From: Octopus sinensis
Lineage: Eukaryota
Assembly (NCBI RefSeq): GCF_006345805.1
Contig: NC_043013.1
Span: 9,672,001-9,736,000 of the forward strand
Length of the DNA: 64,000 nucleotides
Direction of reading: 5' to 3'
In this document: piece by piece, positions 25,039-37,030 of the stretch
How the letters are laid out: each line of letters begins with the position of its first letter
Numbering within the stretch: the first letter of the stretch is position 1
Notes under the pieces: generated by a model
What the model saw: the letters and a program-made list of their open reading frames with translations, nothing else
Database searches by the model: none
What the model was told of the DNA's origin: nothing
Program-made: the position numbers and the translations under genes

Positions 25039-25534
25039 ATGTTCGTCCTTCGGGTTCGAAGATGACCATTGACATCATTTAGTGGAATTGCTGCTATGAG
25101 ACCGGAGGTGGCTGATGAGGCCTATCCGGCCAAGAAAGCCTCTCCCACAGGTGGGGCAGAAGTGGGTAGGGGCTGTGCTATTGGTGCAAGTGGATCTGGC
25201 TTTCCGCATCTGACGTTTCTGTTCTGCTGACTGAATCCGTCTCTCTTCGGCTGTCTTTGCTCCTGTGGTAATTGCGCTGCGCCAGGATGAGCGGTCGGCA
25301 GCAAGTGTCTCCCAAGTCTCTGTGCCGATGGGGAAGTCCTTGAGAGATACTTTGAGACTGTCCTTGAAGCGCTTCTTCTGCCCTCCGACTTTGCGTTTGC
25401 CCTGGCTGAGTTCACCGTAGAAGAGCTGTTTTGGGATGCGAGTGTCGGACATGCAGGAGACGTGGCCTGCCCATCTCAGCTGGGCCTTGCGCATGATCGT
25501 GATGGTGCTAGGGAGATCTGCCTGCTTCAGAACT
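25039..25534 (-). mobile_element. 5'-truncated RTE LINE, young; open C-terminal frame with C2H2-type motif
   Basis: ORF 25075..25494: QLRWAGHV..M...RIPKQLFYGEL..GKRKVGGQKKRFKDSLK...CPTCGRGFLGRIGLISHLRSH. Short 3' UTR; possible TSD TATAGATATA at 25029-38 and 25537-46. Confidence 0.92.
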
Positions 25535-25779
25535 TATATAGATATATATAATTGTGTTCAAACATTCAGCATATTTCCTATGCATGGTGCAACACAGATG
25601 CACTCAACTACCAGGCCGCAGATTACAGTCTAGTCCAGAGTCGTGACCGTGGAAAATTTGGTTTCGAGCTGCCAGAAAATATAGAGTTTATTAAGCCAGT
25701 TAAATGTGTTAAATGTATGTTGTAATTGGTATCGAAGAGACTTTCGGACTCTTGTACACATAGGACACAACGTGCCTCT

Positions 25780-25867
25780 CTGTCTCTGTCTGTCTCTCTC
25801 TGTCTCTACCATCGTCTCACCCTACCTCTTTCTTCTCTCCCTGTGTATTTCTCTGTTTCTCTGTCTA

Positions 25868-25914
<47 letters not shown>

Positions 25915-25931
25915 GTCTTTCTGTCTGTCTC

Positions 25932-26004
<73 letters not shown>

Positions 26005-26010
26005 GTATCC
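25780..26010. repeat. (GTCT)n/(CT)n microsatellite
   Basis: Direct inspection. Confidence 0.95.
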
Positions 26011-26328
26011 GCCGCTCTCTCACGCACACATTCACAAGGTATTCTGCCTTCATTTGCTCGCCAAGATTTTTTAACGTCTCCTTTTTCTTTGATGGATTGT
26101 CTCTGTTTCTATGTCCGTTCCTCTCATTCTTCCTTTATTCCTCTCTTTCTTTCATTCTCTCTTTCCCCTTTATTTTATTGGTCTTCCATACCTTCGTTAA
26201 ATATTTTTTCCATTCTGCTTTCTTCACTCCCTGCTTGTCCCTTTGTGAAGCTCTCCCTTTCTATCCCCACCACCTCACATTATCATTTCTTCCCTCTTCC
26301 TCTTTGTTTTCTGATGATACCGATGCCT

Positions 26329-26440
26329 GTTTCTATGACAACACCGTTCAGTGTTACAGGCATTTAAATTCCTATTAATGTCTGTTGCTAAGGTAATAAC
26401 ACCTTCCTGGGTAAAGGGATATGTGAGTTGCTACAGCAAC
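26329..26440. promoter_or_regulatory. Cluster of three RFX X-box-like sites
   Basis: GTTTCTATGACAAC (26329-42), GTTGCTAAGGTAAT (26384-97) and GTTGCTACAGCAAC (26427-40), in non-repetitive sequence. Confidence 0.4.
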
Positions 26441-27407
26441 ATGCATAGCTGCATCAAATCTAGTGCATGTCACGTTACTGTGAAAATTTGGGCCTTAGAT
26501 CTTAGCAATCACTGGCGACCGGTTTGTATACTTATTAAAACTCTTCATTAACGTCAGTAACTTGCATTCTCACGACTAATTCTAAGACTTATGAAGCGAC
26601 CCAATGGGAAATTCTCTTAGGTACACACTCGGCTTGCTGTCAAATCTCGCTCTCAATATTACATATGCAAAATACACGTCACATAAAATGTAGGCCTATA
26701 GTGATGGATGGTGAAAAACAACCGAAAAAAACTTGCTTTATGAATCAGTTAAAACAAAAATGATCTAAGATAAGTTGAAAGCAATGCTATAGAATTACGA
26801 CTAAATATGGACAAAACAATAATTTTGATGAAAAGTTACTGATAATATTCAGAGAGAAAACCGTCAAGCATATGAACGGATAGTTTTTATACTAATTTAA
26901 ATGCTTAATTTAAGTGATGTCCGGTTAGAATCCATGTCTAGAAGGAGGGCAGATGATAGTCTCATCTGCATCAAAGGCTTATATATATATACAAGTAGAA
27001 ATGCTATGGGATTCTGGCTAAGCATAAAATCTGAAACTGATGGAAAACCTTTAGAGATTCTACACAATTTTCCCTTAGACAATAAATTAATGACGCTTAA
27101 ACCGTAATGTTACTAATGGGTAATATATTGTAACAAACCAGTAGAATGAGTGCTTAGCACTGGAGAAGTGGGTAAACAAGTATTTTTCAAGAGAATTTTT
27201 GTAAATTCTCATATTCTTGGTAGCAAAGGTCAGCATTTTATAAACCAGAATTCAAAATACCAACGATTCACTGGTGAATAAAGAATTCTAGTCGAACAAA
27301 TAATGATCGCTAGCATCAGGAAATCTCAGGTATAACAGAAGTAGTAAATATTCTCTTTAAACGTATAAACTCACAAACACGCACACATAAATTTATATAT
27401 ATATATA

Positions 27408-27580
27408 TAGGCGCAGGAGTGGCTGTGTGGTAAGTAGCTTGCTAACCAACCACATGGTTCCGGGTTCAGTCCCACTGCGTGGCATCTTGGGCAAGTGTCT
27501 TCTGCTATAGCTCCGGGCCGACCAATACCTTGTGAGTGGATTTGGTAGGCGGAAACTGAAAGAAGCCTGTCGTATATATG

Positions 27581-27611
<31 letters not shown>

Positions 27612-27815
27612 GTTTGTGTGTCTGTGTTTGTCCCCCTAGCAATGCTTGACAACCGATGCTGGTGTGTTTACGTCCCCGTCACTTAGCGGTTCGGCAAAAG
27701 AGACCGATAGAATAAGTACTGGGCTTACAAAGAATAAGTCCCGGGGTCGATTTGCTCGACTAAAGGCGGTGCTCCAGCATGGCCGCAGTCAAATGACTGA
27801 TACAAGTAAAAAAGT
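27408..27815 (+). mobile_element. SINE family A, full length (tRNA head, CORE-like CCTTGGGCAAG body, CR1-like tail)
   Basis: A box TGGCTGTGTGG, B box GGTTCAGTCCC, internal (TA)/(TG) tract, tail GGCGGTGCTCCAGCATGGCCGCAGTCAAATGACTGA. Confidence 0.92.
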
Positions 27816-28369
27816 TTTTTAAAAAGTATATATATGTGTTTGTATCTATTTATGTATGTATCTATGTATCTATCTATCTATCTCACTCTCTCTATATATA
27901 TGTCTGTGTAATGTGGTGTTGTGTGTGCCTGAGTGTAAATATATATGCATATATATATATATATATATATAATTATATATATATAGTTAATAAAATAGAA
28001 CATATGCATATATATAAACATATATGTACGTACCTACTCTACATGTACATATACACGCATATATGTGTACAGGAACCAAAAAGAACGTCGAACACATAGA
28101 GAGACGAAACACATAGACACCAAACCAGGAACAAGACAAGCAAAATATATATATATATGTATGTATGTATGTATAGATTACACTCAGGCACACGAAGGAT
28201 TTCCTCTTGTGTCCATGTTTAAAATTCCACTCTCGTGATATGGGTGTAAGTGCGGCTAAATGTTTAAAGTAGGAGGCAGTGCCTAGATTCTACGAACTAG
28301 GAAGTCTGTGACAAGAAATCGAACTCCTTCACACATACACAAGCACACAAACTTTCATCGACATTGTTT

Positions 28370-28521
28370 GTTTTTATGTGCCTATATACATACGTACATT
28401 CATACATATACACACATGTATATATATATGCATATATTCAAACATAATATATACATACATACGAGCAAACATATATACGTATATATTTATGTATGTATAT
28501 ATATATACATTTATGTATGTA

Positions 28522-28554
<33 letters not shown>

Positions 28555-28584
28555 ATGTATGTTATATATATATATACATTTATG

Positions 28585-28632
<48 letters not shown>

Positions 28633-28817
28633 CATATGTTTGTGTATTTGTATGTGCCTATATATATATGTATGTGTGTATATATATATATACACACATA
28701 TATGTATATATATACATGCATACATCCATCCATCCATACATACATACATACATACATACAAACATACATACATACATACATATATACACACACCACACAT
28801 ATATATATGTATATATG

Positions 28818-28887
<70 letters not shown>

Positions 28888-28920
28888 GCTGCGTGTGTGT
28901 GTGTGTACACATGTATGTGA
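28370..28920. repeat. (TA)n/(CATA)n microsatellite block
   Basis: Direct inspection. Confidence 0.95.
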
Positions 28921-29183
28921 CTGAGTGTGTGTGTGTACTTGCTGAGCATGTGATTTCCTCTGAGACCCTGAGTTGCAGCTGAGACAATTACTCCAACAAA
29001 TCTCATTTTAGACATTTTCGAGACACAAAACAGCAAACGTGTTAGATTATCTTTTCTAACACTTCATAATATACGGTGGTTGTAGTCAGGAATAAAACCA
29101 ATTTTGAATGGAACTGTTTTTCCTGATTTTCATAAATATCTCTTGCAGTATGTAGTTGTCCATTATTTATTATGTCGATTGAA

Positions 29184-29566
29184 GAGGCGCAATGGCCCAG
29201 TGGTTAGGGCAGCGGACTCGCGGTCATAGGATCGAGGTTTCGATTCCCAGACCGGGCGTTGTGAGTGTTTATTGAGCGAAAGCACCTAAAAGCTCCACGA
29301 GGCTCCGGCAGGGGATGGTTCTGATCCCGGCTGTACTCTTTCACCACAACTTTCTCTCACACTTACTTCCTCTTTCTGTTGTACCTGTATTTGAAAGGGC
29401 CGGCCTTGTCACTCTCTGTGTCACGCTGAATATCCCCGAGAACTACGTTAAGGGTACACGTGTCTGTGGAGTGCTCAGCCACTTACACGTTAATTTCACG
29501 AGCAGGCTGTTCCGTTGATTCGGATCAACCGGAACCCTCGTCGTCGCAACCGACGGAGTGCTTCCC
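29184..29566 (+). mobile_element. SINE family C, full length
   Basis: A box TGGCCCAGTGG, B box GGTTTCGATTCC, unique body ending CGTCGCAACCGACGGAGTGC. Confidence 0.9.
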
Positions 29567-29609
29567 ATTATGTCGATAATATTTTATTGGTTTAAGTCAT
29601 TATTCTTCA

Positions 29610-29910
29610 AAACATATTGGAAGGGCACCACTACAGCAAGGGCATAGTTTTTGGAATTCAAGGGCGCACGGTTATTTGATACATTGGCAATACATCTGAG
29701 AGATCTACATGAAGTAGGGGTAGATGTTTCTAAGAAACAATTTGATTTCCTGCTATCGAAGGAACCAACATCACAGCAAAAACTCAAAAGGGGGCAGTAA
29801 TATCGAACACCTTCCTTCACTAAAAGCCAATCACATAAGAATAGCCTTTGGAAAGGTGGTAACACTGACGATGCCCTTGGATAGGGGCAGCCTTTGGGTG
29901 CTGAAACGCA
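29610..29910 (+). mobile_element. Old CR1-type LINE 3' relic
   Basis: LEFKGARLFDTLAIHLRDLHEVGVDVSKKQFDFLLS aligns with LGFRGPQLFNILPKNLRDLHGVDADVFKMKLDLFLS of the younger copy at 30999-31253. Confidence 0.7.
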
Positions 29911-30213
29911 TAGAATGATGTTAGTATATATTTTAGCAATTCTATTAATTGAACTGTTTGATGACGGGTTGGCACATATAGGAACAGTCATGCAAACACA
30001 CACACACACACACGTGTGTGTGTGTGTGCTTTCTCATCGTTTGATAGCTATTCTTTTTATGTCCTGGTAAGAAGCAGTTCAGCAAAAGACATACTGAAAA
30101 GGAAAATACTAGGCTTGAAATAGACAAAGTGGTGAATTAAAAAACTAAAACGTTCATGCCATGCTCCAGCATGGCCACAGAGCAATAAATGTAACCTGTA
30201 AAAATGTAAAATG

Positions 30214-30526
30214 TCCCTTCGGTCATGACTCACCATAGAATTGCGCACTAGAAAGTTACCCTCCGAGGTGAAAATCTGAGCAAGTCTGTTTATGGAAGAG
30301 CAGCAGTCGCCTATGCATACCAGCCTCTCCTCTCCATGTTACTGATGTTATCCAAAGAATGGCAAAGGGACCGATACAGCTTGGCACCAGTGACGTCGGA
30401 ACTCATTTCTACAATTGAGAGAACCGGAGCAACGTGAAATAAAGTGTCTTGCTTCTGAAGAACACAACGCATCAGACCGTTCAGGGAATCTACTTCATGT
30501 TTGTCAGCCCCACGCTCTAACCACAA
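30214..30526 (-). mobile_element. SINE family E
   Basis: Reverse complement matches 56945-57248 (TTTATTTCACGTTGCTC...GTAGAAATG...CACTGGTGCCAAG-TGTATCGG). Confidence 0.75.
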
Positions 30527-30910
30527 AGTCATGCGCAAAATCTTTCCCTGTTTGTTTCATACTATTCTTTTCTTTCGTTCTTTCTTTCTCTATCACATAC
30601 GTACGCTTTCTTAGGGGAAAGAGAGTGTGTACGCCTCTTCACGAGAACGATAAACAAATGAAATCTCAATAATAGTCTTAAGGACATAATTCAATTGGTT
30701 TCCTTTGCCAAACTGTCGTATTACGGGGATGCAAAGAAACCAGTCCCGATTTTCAAGTGATAGTAGGGCACAAACACAGTGAGGCACACATATACATACA
30801 TATTCAAATGCATGCATATAAACGCATGATAGGATTCAACATAGTTTCCGTCTATCAAATTAACTCGCAAGGCATTGGTATTCCCAGGAAATTGTAGAAG
30901 GCTGGACAAC

Positions 30911-31265
30911 TTGATTTGATTTTGATTTTTCCAGTTTCAGCTCATGAGCTGTGGCCATGCTGGGGTACCGCAATTTGGTGTTGCTACATGGTTTTACTTC
31001 ACGAATACTTTTTAGCAACTGCCATTTGGTGCATGAGAGAGTTCGATGCAGCTGCCCTCATCTGCACCTCCTGCCGTGGAGTTGGTTCATCTGGGATACC
31101 TGACAAGAAGAGATCCAGTTTCATTTTAAAGACATCCGCATCTACTCCATGCAGGTCTCTTAGGTTCTTCGGGAGGATATTGAAGAGCTGTGGGCCTCGG
31201 AAGCCCAGGCTATCACAGTATCTTGTCCTACATCTTGCTGCATAGTGGAACAAAACTCGAAACCA
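30911..31265 (-). mobile_element. 5'-truncated CR1-type LINE, (TCAAA)n tail
   Basis: ORF2 C-terminus RTRYCDSLGFRGPQLFNILPKNLRDLHGVD...PDEP. Confidence 0.85.
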
Positions 31266-31294
31266 TGTGGTCGCCTAGCGAATTTCTTAGAAAC

Positions 31295-32008
31295 AACATA
31301 CATACATATATACATACACACGCGCACATACATACATAGAGACACACACACATACACACATGTACACATACAAACATGCATGCACACATACATACGCACA
31401 CACATGATAAAAAACATACGTACGTACACACATATATGCATACATACTCATACATAGGTACATACACATACATGCACATACATACACATGCTCACATACA
31501 TACACACAAGCACATAAAAATACACAAACAAAGATACACACATACATACATGCACATACATACATACATACATACATACATACATACATACATACATGCA
31601 CATACATACATACATACATACATACATACATACGTACATACGTACATACGTACATAAATACGTACATACGTACATACGTACATACTACATACGTACATAC
31701 ATACATACATACATACATACATACATACATACATACATACATACATACATACATACATACATACATACATACATACATACATACATACATACATACATAC
31801 ATACATACATACATACATACATACACATACATACATACATACATACATACATACATACATACCTACATACATACATACATACATACATACAACATACATC
31901 ATACATACATACATACATACATACATACATACATACATACATACATACATACATACATACATACATACATACATACATACATACATACATACATACATAC
32001 ATACATAC
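31295..32008. repeat. Long (CATA)n microsatellite
   Basis: Direct inspection. Confidence 0.97.
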
Positions 32009-32335
32009 TATTACCATTGGACGGAAATTTGTCCTCATCTTGTTTGTTGTTAACACAACGTTTCGGCTGATATACCCTCCATCCTTCATCAGGTATCCTG
32101 GGGAAATTTCGAGCCTGGGTTATCATTCCTAAGGTATGTTTCGATGTTTTTTATTATTATTATTATTATTATCATCATTATTATTATTGATGTCATTGCC
32201 TGGAATCAAACCCGGAGTCTTGCGGTTAGTAACCCGCGCTCTTAACCACTACGCCATATGCCCACGGGCATATCTGTCGAATATAAATAATGTAAATAGT
32301 GTACATAATTCCTCATAGCTTAAATATACAACTGT
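32009..32335 (-). mobile_element. Family H1 element: tRNA-like Pol III head + (AAT)n + hammerhead-like motif, with inverted termini
   Basis: A box TGGCGTAGTGG (32246-56), B box GGTTTGATTCC (32202-12), motif GATAC-CTGATGA-A-GGATG..CAGCC-GAAA-CGTT-GTGTT (32052-32097). Confidence 0.75.
32052..32097 (-). ncRNA. Minimal type I hammerhead-ribozyme-like motif (H1), one stem II mismatch
   Basis: Core boxes and helices I and II are visible; helix III is the palindromic ACGU dimer type. Activity untested. Confidence 0.5.
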
Positions 32336-32576
32336 GATACACACATACATACATACATTCACACATACATGCATACATACATACATAAGCACTCATACAT
32401 GTACACATATTCATGTACACGTACATACACATGAACGCATACATATATACATGCAAACACGCGCATACATACATACACATAAACACACATACGTACATAA
32501 ACGCAAACATAAACATAAACACAAACATACATACATACATACATACAAACATACATACATACATACATACATATGC

Positions 32577-32780
32577 TTTCGAAATGTGACCTCGTGTGTA
32601 CCGTTGGCGACTTTTATTCCTCTGTCTTCCCTTTTCTGGATCTTTCCTTCTCCTATGTTTCCGACGAAGAGCTCCGCTCGAAACGTTAAACCCTCCTTCT
32701 TTCCTGAGCGTCCAATAATACTATATTTGTTCCACGTGCTCGCGTTGTTGTGTTTTTTTGTGCCTTCTTGTTTGGATTAA
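32577..32780 (+). mobile_element. Short repeat family H2 with hammerhead-like motif
   Basis: GTTT-CCGACGA-A-GAGC-TCC-GCTC-GAAA-CGTT-AAAC at 32657-32691; homologous to 20810-21050. Confidence 0.75.
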
Positions 32781-33530
32781 CTTTACATACATACATATAT
32801 AGACGCACACACATACACACGTACATACATGCACACTCATACACACATATATTCATACATACACACACTCATACATACATACACTTACATATACACACAG
32901 ACACACATACACAAAAACACATACACACGTACATACACATATACATACATACATATGTATATGCATATATATATATTCTCTCGGTTTCTAAATTTTTCCG
33001 AGAACCTTATTCTCGGCGCGAATGTGTATAACCGAAAGACTACACATTGCGAAAATAAAAACTGTTTGTTCCCTTTTTTTCTTGTTTTTTTTTTTTTTTT
33101 TTTTTGTTTTTGAAGTCATTGAAAAGGGAAAATTCTGAGTGAAATAAAGTGAACAGTGACGTTTTTAGGGTTTAGTATGAAATGGTCAACGGAGAAAAAA
33201 TTTTAATGGGTATCGGAGCCAGTAGGAACTGTTTAGCGACCACCTAACAACGGACCAAACTGCTCATAAACATTCGGAGCTGGACATTGATTATTTGCGA
33301 ATTTCATAGCAGCATGCCGGCTCTCGCTGATATATGTGCATGTATGTACAGATAGACACATGCACACATACACACGCATGCACAACTGCGCGTGCGCAAA
33401 AAGCACACGTGTGTGCAAACACACATCTACACTGATAAACAACACGAACTTATACATGCAGACCTCTATGTGTTTGTGACAGAGTGGAATTATAAATATC
33501 TATCTGTATTCTTATATATACTTATACTAC

Positions 33531-33579
<49 letters not shown>

Positions 33580-33646
33580 CATACATATATATGTATACAT
33601 ATATGTATATATATATACATATACATACATACATACACACACACAC

Positions 33647-33679
<33 letters not shown>

Positions 33680-34193
33680 GTATGTATGTATATTCATATA
33701 TTGTAAAAGATTATGCAGGGAGGTTAAGTATATTGGTTTACGACACTTTGGTAGATCCTTATTGTTTCTGGCATTTATTTGTGGCAAATCCATAATTACA
33801 GACGCTCGCGCGTGTGTGTCTTGCCTGGACAACGTCTACTTGTACCAGCGTTGTGAGCTTGGAGCCTTTATTTGTATATTTTCTTGTAGAAAGTTGAAGT
33901 CATTTTCTGATGAAACGTAAAGAATTTGTATGTATGTATGTATACATACATGTATGTATTTGTGTACGTATCTGTCTATTCATCAATCTGTCTATCTTTA
34001 TATTTGTGCTTGTCATTATATCATTTGACAATTGGTTTCGGTTTTTGTTTATGTCCATGTGACTTGACAATTCGGCAAAAAAAACCGATAGCAAAAGAAA
34101 CCGGGATCGATCGAAAGGATAGAATAAAACCTTCAAACCTAAGAGAAAGACATATACTCATATACACAAAAGACACATGCACCCGCGTGCACC

Positions 34194-34235
<42 letters not shown>

Positions 34236-34590
34236 AGTACACTCACAAACACACACATGCAATATTATAGGCTATTCTAAGGGTTGTTTAGTTCCTCTAT
34301 TGATTTTAGCTAGTATCTATTTCCGATTACTTATTCATTCCACGGTGGTACTCCAGCATGACCGCAGCCACACGACCAAGTAAGAGAATTAAAGAATACA
34401 TATATTATTTTATCATACACCTTTGTGAAAAGCACAATAAGCTCAGAGTGATATTCCAACCACATTTCTTGGTATTAGAACACGGAGCCTACGAATAGTA
34501 ACAGCTATTAATTTCGTTTAATTACTTAATTTTTCTTAACTATTTTCACTATTAACAAATCTTGGTATTTTTAATTTTATTTTTATTGTA

Positions 34591-34969
34591 TTCTTTTACT
34601 CTTCTACTTGTTTCAGTCATTTGACTGTGGCCATGCTGGAGCACCGCCTTTAGTCGAGCAAATAGACGCCAGGACTTATTCTTTGTAAGCCTAGTACTTA
34701 TTCTATCGGTCTTTTACCGAACCGCTAAGTTACACACCAGCATCGGTTGTCAAGAGATGTTGGAGGGACAAACCAGACACACAAACATATACACATAAAT
34801 ACATATATATATATTTATATATTTTCCGTCTACAAAATCCACTCACAAGGCTTTGGTCGGCACGAGGCTATAGTAGAAGACACTTGCCCAAGGTGCCACG
34901 CAGTGGGAATGAACATGGAACCATGTGGTTGGCAAGCAAGCTACTTACCACACAGCCACTTCTGCGCCT
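34591..34969 (-). mobile_element. SINE family A, full length
   Basis: Reverse complement of the 27408 copy. Confidence 0.88.
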
Positions 34970-35918
34970 TTATTTTCACTATTTTTAGTAACTAGACTAT
35001 GACCATGCTGGAAGAGATTTTCAAATTTTTCATTCACAACTTCGAACTTAGTTGCCTGATTGCTTAGTTTGATTGTGAATGGCGTAACGAGATTGCCGAA
35101 AAATACACGTACTTATTAACATAATGTAAAAAGAAATTCATATTCTCATCTATTTCTCTAAAACATTTTAAAATTAGATTGACTGTAATTAATGTTATTT
35201 ATCACATAGTCATTCTTCCGTATTGATAAATAATAAACCAGGCTATTACTAGGGTATTTCACTCTTTTTATGTCACCCTCTTTTCTTTCTCCCTCTATTC
35301 ACGTGAAAACGTTACCGACGGGCTAAGTAACGGACTGACAAACATAATTATTATAAGATTCCAAACATCAATTTGATAATTACAGTTATTTGACTGAATT
35401 CTTCATTACTTTAAATGAACAAAATCAAAGTCTTTGTTATTCCGCAGAAATATTGTAACAAATGTATTAAACAATGAAGATCAAAGTTGGTTTGGCTGAA
35501 ATTTGAACGATTACAGCATAACAGTCGATCCGATGTTCTGGCGTTTCCGCAAATTGGCTGCCTAACTATTCATTTTACATGTTATTCAAAATTCTTTCAC
35601 TAGTAATTTTGCATTGTTTTCGTAGTCGTCAATGTGTTATGTCTTCCGGATTACGTGTTACCATGAAGAAGTTGCAACCGAAATAAACTTTCAGTCTAAA
35701 ATTACTGGCATGAAATTAATGAAAGGATAACGGAAATTAAACAATATGTGTCTACTTACGAATATGCAATTCCTTTTATCACAGCTTTGCTTAAATCACT
35801 GTTGTTATGAAATGAAATATTTTAATTCAAATGCTTCAAATCGGAACAACGCTTCAGTAATATAACATGCAAAGAACAACCACAGATGTCGCATGTTCAT
35901 TTGATACTATATTAAATA

Positions 35919-36312
35919 TCTACATATATGAAGCTGAAGTTGTCTGTGTGTGTGTGTGTGGCAGGTTTGGTAGCCTTCAACTAACACTATCTCTTCCGAG
36001 ACCCTGCGGCGCAAGTTGACCAAAATTGAGAGTTTGATAGAAGAAGGCTTGCTCTTCATTCCGTAGAAGAAAAAATTCAAATCGGACCATGTTAACACCA
36101 AAGTTTATTTACATCAAAAAGGTGCTTTTTTCTATGAAAATCCCTATTTTTTACGCTTTTTTGACTGCTGAGTCGCCATTTTTCGGTGTATTTCAACCAG
36201 AAAAATGTTCACTTAAAGAGAACAAGCTACATAATGCCAAATTTTTACTTTTCGAAAATTTCAATTCTTAAGGATTGAAACAAACCCGAGCAACACCGGG
36301 CGATACTGCTAG
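35919..36312 (+). mobile_element. Non-autonomous Helitron (family 2), first unit of tandem dimer
   Basis: A|TCTACATATATGAAGCTG start, subterminal hairpin, CTAG at 36309-12. Confidence 0.88.
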
Positions 36313-36749
36313 TATATATATAAAGCTGAAGTTGTCTGTGTGTTTGTGGCAGGTTTGGTAGCCTTCAACTAACAATATCTCCTCCGAGACCCTGCGGCGC
36401 AAGTTGACCAAAATTGAGAGTTTGATAGAAGAAGGCTTACTCTTCATTCCGTAGAAGAAAAAATTCAAATCGGAACACGTTTAGACCAAAAATTATTTAC
36501 ATCAAAAAGGTGCTTTTTTCTATGAAAATCTCCATTTTTTACGACTTTTTAACTACTGTGTCGCCATTTCTCGGTGTCTTTCAACCAGAGAAATGTTCAC
36601 TTAAAGAAAATAACAAGCTACATAATGCAAAATGTTTACTTTTCAAAAAAGATTGAAACTATGTCAAAACTTTGTTAACGCGACATCAAAGTCTGCCGTT
36701 TTAAGCGCAACTAAAAAACAAACCCGAGCAACGCCGGGCCATCTGCTAG
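36313..36749 (+). mobile_element. Non-autonomous Helitron (family 2), second unit with different 3' segment
   Basis: Starts immediately after the first CTAG; ends CCCGAGCAACGCCGGGCCATCTGCTAG|T. Confidence 0.88.
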
Positions 36750-37030
36750 TGAATGATAATTTTGATCAACATATATGTTTGTTTCTAAGTATGTATGTTC
36801 TCTGTTATTAATTTAAGTGTTAATTTTGACCGGTCAACTGCTTAGTAGTAAGTCTATGAAAGAGGGAATCCTGTTTTGTTCAACATCCTTTAAATCTTAA
36901 GAAAGCCTTAAGTCCTAGATATTGTGGTCATAGGGGGTGTGATTTGCGGAAATTTTGATTGCTATGGCCAGCACTTCCTTTGTTGGCTCAAAGTAGATTT
37001 TACTGTTGTTAATGCTTCTTAGAATTAGAT

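Noticed and set aside
26880-27300. LINE reverse-transcriptase relic (RADD string)
   Set aside because: Similarity to YADD is one weak motif and I could not align further conserved blocks.
32190-32263. tRNA gene
   Set aside because: A and B boxes are present but the acceptor stem does not close; it is a retroelement head. The same applies to the SINE A-E heads.
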